Assembly: GCA_973895155.1 (NCBI GenBank)
Contig: OZ316898.1
Span: 6,807,079 to 6,871,078 of the forward strand
Source: Marsupella aquatica
Taxonomy: Eukaryota > Plantae > Marchantiophyta
Length of the DNA stretch: 64,000 bases
Reading direction: 5' to 3'
Shown: one piece after another, positions 1-10,101 of the stretch
Layout: the number at the start of each line of letters is the position of its first letter
How positions within the stretch are numbered: the first letter of the stretch is position 1
Notes under the pieces: model-generated
The model's database searches: none
The model's input: only the letters and a program-made list of their open reading frames with translations
What the model was told of the DNA's origin: nothing
Translations under genes and position numbers: made by a program

Positions 1-1159
1 GAGGGAAACAAGACCTTTCTCACTTTACCTGGGGCAAGTTTGTAAAAGCCTAAAATAGGAGTATACTGTGCATCTCGAGGCACACCATGCCTACTGGAGG
101 GGGAATTCTAGAAGTTGATGCTGAAATGGGTCACAAGGCTTGGCACGTTTGGCACGCAAAACGGTGAACATTTATACATAAGAAATGTGCTACCTAAGTA
201 AACGTTAATGTTTCAGAGTGGTAGATATGGTATCTAACAATCTATTCCAAGATCTTGTGAAATGAATGTTAAGCTTTTGAAGTTATCTTGATCGAGTTCT
301 CTAATCATAAAATGGAATAAAGTACATAGAGCCCCAAAACCAGGCTATGAAGATTTTTGTCTTTCCTTTAAACTTTTTGATATTGATGCTCCCCACGTCA
401 TCACTGATCGTATCAGAAAAAAAGGAACGTTCTTCGATGCAGGGTCTGGGAAGGACACATCATCAGAGCCATTTGCCCTGCCTTAAATCCATGCAAGATT
501 TTAGTCTTTGGATATTGCTTTGCTCCCTGTGTCTCCCGTTGGGCGCTTTTTGTTAGAATTTAAAGAAGAGAATGCAGTGAGATATATAACACACTCCAAA
601 AGGACAAAAGGGAAAAGCCCAATAAGGGGGAAAGGGGAAACACTCATGAGAGGCAGAGCATTTTAAGATTTGTCCACTACTTGTCTGATGGTAAAGAAAG
701 TAAGATCTGACCTTGCAGGAAATTTGGGATCACCTCAAGTGTGAAGAATGGAGAACCAAGATCGCAAATAGTACAAGTGATCTTTCAAAGATTAAAGTGT
801 ACTAACTCCTTGCATCTACACACTATAATATTTAACCCCACGGACTGGTGGGTAGTCTGTTTATGCATTGTCACCTCGGCCTTAAATCCTGGCAGTTTGC
901 TGAAAAACTATTTTTTAATCATCATTTGATCAGCCAAAACACCTTCCGCACCTTCCATTGCCTCCCCCTCCACCCAGTGCACACTCAGCCTCACCTCCAT
1001 GTCTTGTCCTGTGTGCCTCACCTCGCCATCCATACCTCACCATTGCCTATCTTGTAATGCACAGGCATTGGGTTACTGAATAATAATCGCCCCTTAGAAC
1101 TCAGGCTAAGCCCTCATTTCCGGAGTCGTTCTAGCTCAGAGTGCCTTGAAACAGTATCT

Positions 1160-1960
1160 TACTATATATAGCATGTTCATCCTGGAATATGCTTCATTTT
1201 TGTCTTGTAGTGAAGTGTAGGTGATTAAATTTCTTTTTGGATGTTGAATCATTTTTGTATTTTTAAGATTGAGTGGGGTACAATACAAGAGTAAACATAT
1301 AGCACATGCAAAGAAACTAGGATATGTTAAGATTGAGTGGGATAAAATACAAGAATAGTTCTTTTTGGATGTTGAATTGTATTTTTAAAGATTGAATGGG
1401 GTACTATACAAGAGTAAAAGTATAGCACATGCAAAGAAACTAGGATTTGTTAAGTTTGAGTGGGATAAAATTCAAGAATAGAAGTACAAAACATGCAAAG
1501 AATATATTTCACATTTTGACCAGGAAAGGTAGAAGTCTATGGTACAAAGGTACCAAAGAGCTGTACACATAAAGTGCAAATATTCACTTGCCTTAGGTAA
1601 TGACACTCAAATCAATCAAAACCATTAATTGAGAAAATAAAACCATGATGAAAACACAAGACAGGAGATGTCAACATTGTTTAGAACCAGTTTTTTCTCT
1701 CACTCATGAGAAGAGATAGAATCTAGCTCTAGTTGTAGCAAATTCCTAAGGGATTGTTTGCACATTCAATACTGAAATCTAAGACTGAAGCGAAAGAAGA
1801 GCTTTTGAATAGCAAATATAAAAAACAGTAAGAAGGGTGCCAAAATTAATTCAAAATCTGAATAATACAGATGATGCATCTTGTAAAGGCACATTGAAAT
1901 ACAAAAACACAAAAAAAAAACAAAATCATGATAGGTGGATTTGCCATATAGGAGCATAAG
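1160..1960. repeat. Dispersed AT-rich repeat, copy 1, with an internal ~125-bp tandem duplication
   Basis: Shares motifs catcctggaa, aatacaagagta...gcacatgc and cttaggtaatgacactcaa with 27530-28050 and 54430-55070. Positions 1232-1358 and 1360-1480 are near-identical tandem units. Boundaries are approximate. Confidence 0.55.
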
Positions 1961-3451
1961 AAATTATATACATAGACCAGCTTTTACACATTATCTGGTC
2001 GAATCAGGATGATGTGCAACGCATAGTAAATGGTGCCTTGGAAGTTGCTCCCGTCATAGTTCAAAACACAGGGAACCTATGCTCACTCAGGAACAGGGGC
2101 ATGGGTGTCACGTGGGTCCCTTTCAAATAACCCTTTGGGCTACCCTATATGAAGTGCACAACTGATTCTTCATTGTGGGGGAAATTTAGCCGTTAATGGC
2201 TTTGAGGCAAACTAAACATAGAGGCCTCCTCTTACGGAATTTTTAATAGCAGTTGTCAATTTTGATGATGGCCAAAAGATGATAACGCATTACACAAATC
2301 ACTGGCCGTAATGACTGCAAAAAATAGAGTTGGCAGTTTTGGGGAGTACCCTCAATACCGGTACATATGCACAGGAAAGGCCTCGTACCCAGATTCTCCA
2401 TGCTATGTCTACAAGCAAGCATAGTCTAGTCTAAACATTGAAAAAAAAAGTTACCCAAAGAAATTATGGCATATGGCTTCACTTTTTAGAGCAGTTCATG
2501 AATAATAGAGGTCAATGGTGAATTGTAGTATAGATAGATTCCCCTGCCATGTCACATGGCTCATGCCCTTTCACTAATTCATTTCCACTGGAACACACAA
2601 CTACTGTGAGACAAAAATGATGGACTAAACATGGTGGACCAGCCTGGGGGTACCCGTCAGGACTTTGTGGATGTATGTGGTGGATGCTCAACGGATTGCT
2701 TGTTGCCAGGAGTTTCTCAAATTTGAAATGTCATTTTAGGGCTCTTGTGCTGTCTTTCTTTTGGGCCTGTTGTTTCCAAGTTGACGATTTTGATCTCCAG
2801 GTTCATCTGGTACTAGATGTCCCCAGATTGGAGTGCTTAACCTTCAATCCAATCAGCCAAAACTTATCCAGAGTGTGCTTACAAATTTGAAAGGATTGAA
2901 TAATTCCAGTTGTCATGCTTTTCAGAATTTTTTTTTGTGGCTAGTCCTGGATTGTTTCTTGGGTGTATTAGGGCGTGTCAAATCGCTCCCATAAGCCCTG
3001 TCCTGTGTCCATAATAGAATGAGCCATAAAACAAGTTACGGGCACTTGTACAGGCAGGGGATACAGATTTTGACACGTCCCATAAAAATGTATTATGGGG
3101 TATAATATGTATGTTATGGATGGTGACAAAGCCGGACACGGCTTGCAGGTGTCGTTGGAGTAGGGCGGTAGTCTGTGTCTGTGTCCACGGTTTGCAGACG
3201 TCGTTGTTGTCAACAGCTGAATTCCCCTGAATTCCCTTGTGAGTTGGAACTCTCCACAAGATTCCCTGGTTTTGAAAGAGTATTCATGCTGTCACCGGGG
3301 CTGTCACTTGCAGCGTTGTGATCATCGACAATTCTAATCCCCGCCACTCTTGCAAATTGTAGTTCTGTCTTGCGGGAGAGTCCAAATGTATATCAATTCC
3401 CTTCAGATAGAGAGTCCGATTCGTCCGATTCATGTTGAACTTCATGAGATC

Positions 3452-4913
3452 ATGGTTTGTGGGAAAAGTGCTCTGCCAGAGTTCACGAATACAGGGTACC
3501 CGAAAAAGGCAAAGAGGTTCAGAATCTCTTCTGATGGATACGAGTGCATGCTTGATTACATGGAAAACAAAGAGAACTTCCAAGTTCTCTCTGGAACTGG
3601 TCAGAAGACGCGGATCGGTGGCAAACTCATCTCCAAGATAAGTGCATTTAGGAACATGGCTGTCACTCTAGGAGGCATGGGTTGGAAAGATGTATCGGAC
3701 CTCAATGGAGATGCGATGAAAAAAAATGGGAACGGTACCATGATCGATACAAGAAGGCCAAGCTTGAGCTTGGCCAATCAGGCGGAGGATTGTCTGAACT
3801 CGAGCTCAGTGTGGGCATGACATGGGAAGAGAAAATCAAAAATTTGTGCCCAAATTTTGAGAGAATGGATGCTCTATTCAGGAGAAGATCCAATATGGAC
3901 CCTCCTTCACAGGGTTGCATTGGGGTCCCGAACAGATACAATGCAGACAGCGATGAAGGCCCGGACCAGGATGAAGACCCCAACGATGATGAGTGTGACA
4001 CTAGTGCACCTGAATTTTGGATTCATACTGAGCTGCCAGCAGTCGACATTGTAGAGGTTTCTGATTTAAACGACAATGATCCAATGGAGAATTCTCCATT
4101 CACTTGGAACAGGAATGATTCAATGGCTGAATCTCCTACGCATCAGGCAGAGGCGCACACTACACCGCAGAACCAACAAGACTCGTAGGCACAGAGGAGA
4201 GGAAAACGCAAGGGACCAGCATCCGGATCCGGGTCTGCATCGACTTTGGGTGAGGCTGATAAACCAACTCCAAGAACAACTCTCCTCTGTTTGTACTCAA
4301 TGAACTTACAAGAAACAGCAGCGTACCGAAGCAAGCAGGCTGACAGCAAAGAGCAATGGAAAATGGCTGAACTAGCAAAGCAACGGGAAGCCAGACGTCA
4401 AGCCGAAGAAGCACTGAACAAACGAGCTCGAGTTGACAAGAAACATCAACTCCACCTAGCACAAATTGACAAAAAGATGCAGGTGATCAGTGATTTGGCT
4501 CAAGCAGGGAAATCTCTGGAGGAAGCTGCTTAGTGGATGGTGTTGAGCATAGACGACATTCGTAACAGCAAGCCCATGAACCATCCAACGCACAATAGTC
4601 GACACAGAGAGATACGTGGTTCACCTCCACATGAGGCTACGTCCACGGGAACACACAAGAGCTTTACTGCACTCTAGGCCGACCGGCCATACCAAGCATC
4701 CACGGCACAAGCTCTCCCTATCTCTCAACTAGCTCCGTAACAATGAGCCTAAGTTCCCCCAGGGTCTGGCATCAGCCCTGGCTTAATACACAACAGCACT
4801 ACCGCTAACATTAGCTAAGTTCTAACCCAAGTTAGACTAACTATAGTTAGCTCATGAGTCACAAGACTAGAGCAATATCTAACAGATGGATCTCCTCAAA
4901 CATGGGCCTTAAG
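3452..4913 (+). pseudogene. Harbinger-associated Myb/SANT-like DNA-binding protein, inactivated
   Basis: ORFs 3350-3820, 3682-4188 and 4246-4533 join into one protein: ...LDYMENKENF..GQKTRIGGK..KISAF..MKK/WERY..YKKAK..SGGGLSE..EEKIKNLCPNFERMDALF..., then an acidic stretch and a coiled coil. Lesions are a 1-nt frameshift in the A-run near 3719-3726, in-frame TAGs at 4186 and 4531, and an LTR insertion at 4541. The start codon is uncertain. Confidence 0.7.
4541..4884. mobile_element. Solo LTR (344 bp), probably Ty1/copia
   Basis: Termini are TGTT...AACA with a perfect 5-bp TSD GATGG (4536-4540 and 4885-4889). The internal motif tacgtggttcacc...gctacgtccac resembles copia LTRs. Removing it restores the frame of the Myb-like ORF tail (WMDLLKHGP*). 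Confidence 0.85.
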
Positions 4914-7322
4914 ATTTTAGTTTCAACGATGGAGGGAATCGATCCTCTTAGCTGATTGTCGCTAAGATCTATGAAAATGAAAGAAAATTGACAAATCGTG
5001 CTTCTTCAACTCAGTACGGGAGTTTCCGACGATGACAATTTGATAGCACTAATTTAGGAAATGTTAGGCGGCGCATCGGCACCACTGGAATCGAAGTATT
5101 GTGGGCCCTAGTAGAACTGGTATGCCACCCGATAAAATTGTTTGTCATATAGCCCGAGACAGGATGTCGCACTAGGCAAATTATGCTCCTCTATTGCTTG
5201 GTTCTGCTTGCGCTGCATGTAATCAGAGTGGTAGTTAGGGCTGGAATAGCGGCTACTTCAAGCACCAACGCTACTGTCAAATAGGAGGAGGTGCTCGTTG
5301 TAAAGAGACATTTATTAGATACTTCCACCTCCAGCTAAGAGCTGCGATCCATGGTTTGTCTTCTCTTTGTTCAAACATGAGTTATGCCAGAGGGGTTAAA
5401 TGCTACGGTAGATGGGACTCATCTGGCAAGAGCTTCTCTCATGAATCTCTCAACTGCGTTCATGTCTTTGAAGTGTGGAATTATTAATAAAGTGGACTCA
5501 CTGGATGAAATGGGCATGGTCTCAAGGTAGAGACGACAAAACCAAGTGTTCTTGAATTTCTCAGATGAACGCAGGCATCATCCCGTCAGTGAATTCAGAG
5601 TGATGTAATCCTCAAGATATATTTCCCTTAGCCGGGATTTAAGTCCAGGACATAAAAACGGTTCATGTCCTGAGCCGTAACTCAGTTATGACGGTGCTTT
5701 GACACCCCCTATTACCTTGGGAAGGGGACTAGAGAGCTGCTAGAGGATGCATTGTAGGTGCAGGCTGTATTCCATAGTAAGTCAAAACTAAAGGTACAAG
5801 GGGTACATTTTATGAAAGCCCCACAGGGGAAGCATTGGTCGAAGGTTACCCTAAGAGGAGGGAATGATTTATTTTTTGTTTTGGTTTTATTCACTAATTT
5901 TTCTAGCCTTTTAAATATTGTTTGAGGGGAGAGGGTAGTGTTGTTTTCCATTTTCTTTTGGGGACGGGGGCATATTCATGAGGCAAACGAGAATCCTTGC
6001 GCTCCCTCTCCCACCGTACCAACTATTTTTTAGGTGAGGTCGACTTTGTGGGTGGGAGTATAATGATGTGCCAGGTGATTGCCTCCCCCTGCCCACCCTT
6101 GCTGTCGCATGGGCTGCCTTGGTGCGCAATGGCTGCTCGGCCTGTCTGCACCCTTGTCTTTCTTGCACTGGGAGGTGGAGGCCCATTCCCCTCCCTGACA
6201 AGGTCCTGCACCCTCCACCGCCCTTGCACCCTCCACCGCCCTTGCACGGGGAGGGGGAGGGGAGGGGAGAAGTGGGAGGGTGAGGGGGGTAGAGGGGAAA
6301 AAGAGAAGAAAATAAATCTAATGGACAAAATTACAAATTTCGCGGTTCGACCTGCCTGGAACCTGTGATGCCCCAACTACTGTTGCCCATCTTGCACAAG
6401 AACTGAAACGAGTTAGAAAATAATAGGTAAAGATTGTCATTGTGACAATAGGTAGTTTTTGTCATTGGTGCAACACTGCCTACCAAAACCTTGCACATAA
6501 ATGTCTAGGTGAGGTAATTTATTGCAAGGGAGACCAAGAAGTGTTATCATTTTGACTTTGGCATCTATGCAATAATGTTTGTGGTTGTGGAAGTCTTGGT
6601 TAAGTCGCAAAAATGTTATCATTTTTTTCACTGTTCCTGTCAGTAAGAGCCTGGGTGAGGGCATGGGATGCAAAAGATGGATGAAGATATCCAGGACATT
6701 GCAGAGTCAAAGGACGGTTGCATGCGAGGAGGGAGTACATTTTGTTTGTTTGGTTTAATTATAAATATGTTCCAAGTTTTCCTGGGCACCATTTTTTTGA
6801 AACTTTTTGGCTAGAAATGTTGTTCATCAGGTCAAGGTGCCTGGCAGAAAACAGTACACTTTTTCCTTTTACCTGCATGTTTGTCCCTCTATCTAACCCC
6901 CCCCCCCCCCCCAAACACACACACACACAAACCCCTTTCCCCTTTTTTTTCTCTCCTGGCCAGCTCCTCTCTCCCCTGACCCTCCTTGCAGACTTGCGCC
7001 TCCATGCCCTGAGTAGTGTGATATCCTCTTTGAAGGGTACCCACTTCCCTCCAATACAACCCCATATGGCACCTTCATGTACAAATTGTCCCTTGCTTGC
7101 ACACAGACAATACTCGCACACCGGCATATTGCATGTACTGTGGTGCAGGTGCGCTGCAGCCTATGGTACCACTGCAGGCAAAGCAGGATGGTGAGGGGAG
7201 CATTGAGGTGGTTTTGATTTCATCTAACTGTGTTTTCAGCGGTTGACCAGGATTTTATCTTGCCTTTATAATTGTAGTAAGCCCAGAAATGGGTGGGATC
7301 AGCCATTATAGTGTTTGATTTA

Positions 7323-7377
7323 AGTAGATTGCAGTCCATCTGGGTTGCAAAGTCTAGAGGAGGGACTGCAATCTACT
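7323..7377. repeat. Perfect 15-bp inverted repeat with a 25-nt spacer
   Basis: agtagattgcagtcc (7323-7337) and ggactgcaatctact (7363-7377). Confidence 0.8.
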
Positions 7378-8770
7378 CAAGAAAAACTAGAAATTAATCT
7401 AGAAAAACTAGATAAGGAATGTTATTAGAATGTTCTGCTTGTCAACAGGTGACACTGGCCACTTGCAAACACTACCAGGGAGGGAGTGTATTCTAAACCA
7501 ACCTAGTCTTGTTGGGAGAAGTGCCGGTGGTCAAAGTGGGGAGCACACAAGTCATCTGGTAAGTCTTGGTGTGACCAGAGACTCATTTGGTCACAGGCCT
7601 GGTATTTTAATTTTTAAAGTGAAAATATGCTATGGGAGAAAATTCCAATGTTTGGATGTCGTCCATCCAGTTGGGAAGTCCATCCAAATATCAGCAAACC
7701 TTGAGGTGTACCATGGCATTCTCTTTCATGATAAAAACAGTCAACTCTTCCTAAGTGCACCCTTCTGGGAAGAAGTAGAGGCTTTGGAGTTATATGTGGT
7801 TTTGCACTATGTGACAAGTGCACTTTTCAGACTTTGCATTTATGCATAAGTACACTATGATTCTTTTTGTTGCTATGTCCCTTGTCACATTCCAGTTGTC
7901 GTCTTGTGTTCAAGCAGAAACGATTCTAGTGCCTTAACCAAATCATTTACATCTCTCAGATTGTACATGATCCCTATTATAAAGCCCTATCAACTTTCTC
8001 ATAATTGCAACATTAACTCTATGCAAAAAATAATATTCGCTTATCCATGAGAGTTCATAGGATTTTGTGTTACTCCTCATAAGTGTATGCAACCAAGGAC
8101 AGAGGGTTTTGCAGTTACAAATTTGTCATTCAGGAAAAATAATAAATGTATCACAATGCCAGAGAACAAAAACTGCAAAAACCAGGAGATAGGATCCCAA
8201 AGGCAAAAGACAATGGAGCCAAAAATGCCCCAAAGGCCCCATAGTGGAAAATTGACTTTTACTTGGCAGTGGTATTGGGGCCAGGGCCTTAGCACCCAAC
8301 TGAGTGCCAGTTGGGAGTCAGAAAATGGATTCCTTGTTAGGGTTTTGATTTAACCTTGGTTAGGTCAAATAAAGTAAATTAACTGGGGTTAACATTAATT
8401 TACTAGACTCTTCATGAAAAGATGAACCTCTTTTGTATCACATGGAGAAAGAGAGAATTTAGTTAAGAACTTTGTGTGAAAAGTAAAAAGCTTGGACCAT
8501 GGAACTATAATGATATGTATTTTTTATGTTCATAATGAAACTCTTGGTGCGACCGTGAACATAGCCCGGACGGGGTGAACCATGTATCTTTGTATTGGTG
8601 TACTCGTGTATTATATGAGTGGTGATTTTGAGACGTAATCCAGAGCGGAACCCTCTATATTTGTCACCGACCACCTCATATGGCGGACCCATGAATGCTC
8701 TAAGAGTGATTGCCTGAGCTGTTGGGAAAAAAAAGGAACGAACCGGGGACGCCTTCCATTCCTATCAGCC

Positions 8771-9110
8771 AGGGTTGCACTTATGGAGTGTGCACATGCA
8801 GTTCCATTACCAACAAGCCAGGGTTGCACTTATGGAGTGTGCACACAGAGTTCCATTACCAACAAGCCAGGGTTGCACTTATGGAGTGTGCACACAGAGT
8901 TCCATTACCAACGAGACAGGATTGCACTTATGGAGTGTGCACATGCAGTTCCATTACCAACGAGCGAGGGTTGCACTTATGGAGTGTGCACACAGAGTTC
9001 CATTACCAACGAGCGAGGGTTGCACTTATGGAGTGTGCACACGGAGTTCCATTACCATCGAGCCACGGTTGCACTTATGGAGTGTGCACACGGAGTTCCA
9101 TTAGCAACGA
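8771..9110. repeat. Tandem array of 7 x 49-bp units
   Basis: Unit agggttgcacttatggagtgtgcacacagagttccattaccaacragcc starts at 8771, 8820, 8869, 8918, 8967, 9016 and 9065. There are no unique spacers. Confidence 0.95.
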
Positions 9111-10101
9111 CGAAACTACGAGATTCTTCGCAGAAAAAGTGCTGTCGATTCCGTTCGCGCTGTTCGACGAGTCAGCGTTTCTTCGTTTTCGTACTCTCAT
9201 TTTGTTCAAGCAAAAGCCAACCACTACTACAGGCGCATCTGACCGCTATTGGTCACGCGAAGCAAATCGCTCACGCGCAGATGACCCCTCTGTGGAGCAG
9301 AGTCCGGGTCTTGAGAAGCAGGACTTGACATACCGAGCTACTTTGGTACTTCGCTTACGAGTTGCCGACGCACATTTTCCAGGGATTCGAGTCCGTCAAC
9401 GACGCGTCGTAGTGGTCTCCTCGCTCTGGAGCCCTGTTGGTTCCATGAAACTGCATGCCGCCCCTCTCCAACGAAAGTGTCCGTGTCAACAAGCCTTTTT
9501 ATAGCTCCAGCGCAGTCCACTTGAGAAGCATGATCCGTTGCCATAGTTTCTAGAGAGTGTTCTCAGTCTACAGTACTCACACTAGCAGAGCCAGATGCAC
9601 TACTTGTGTGTGATTTGCAAGAGAGGTTGGAACTCCGTGCTGGTTGATCGAGGTTGGGGGGACGGTGGCCTGTTTTGTTGAATCAAAGCGATTGGAGCAG
9701 TTTGGAGAGACTACCCGTGGCTGGATTGTCAAAGAAAGGTGCATTGGACATTGGCGCATCTTCTTTTCTGCGTCTTGTAACACAGAGCGGCCGTCTTCAA
9801 ATCATGGGCTGATGCAATTCAGTTGCTTAGCGATCTGGAGAAGAATTAACTGTGGTGGAGGATATCGACAGAGGACGATTACTAATATTCCTTGCAGATT
9901 TTCCACAGTGGTGCTCTTTGACTTGTCCACCGTGTCGGTCTGAATTTGCAGGGATTGTAAGATTGGGAGCTCTTTCCTTACAGTTCGGTGGTCTCGAAAA
10001 GTCGCGTTTCAGTAGTTGTCGTCATAGTCACGCCTGAGAAGACGGGCGAGGAGAATTTTGAATAGGGCCGACAGTGTAGAGGAGCAGTGCAGATATTGAA
10101 G

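Larger units (their letters stand above)
2970..5710 (+). mobile_element. Non-autonomous PIF/Harbinger (PHIS)-type DNA transposon, ~2.74 kb
   Basis: Left end AGGGCGTGTCAAATCGC matches the reverse complement of the right end, AGGGGGTGTCAAAGCAC (14/17). Both ends are flanked by ATT (2967-2969, 5711-5713). It encloses a Myb/SANT-like ORF of the Harbinger accessory type. No DDE transposase ORF is visible. Confidence 0.75.

Noticed and set aside
8771-9110. CRISPR array
   Set aside because: Units are contiguous near-identical 49-mers with no unique spacers, there are no cas genes, and the context is eukaryotic.
8710-9504. Three overlapping Cys/His-rich ORFs (264, 109, 181 aa)
   Set aside because: They arise because a stop-free 49-bp unit cycles through all three frames. 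This is unremarkable by chance, and starts are TTG or repeat-internal.
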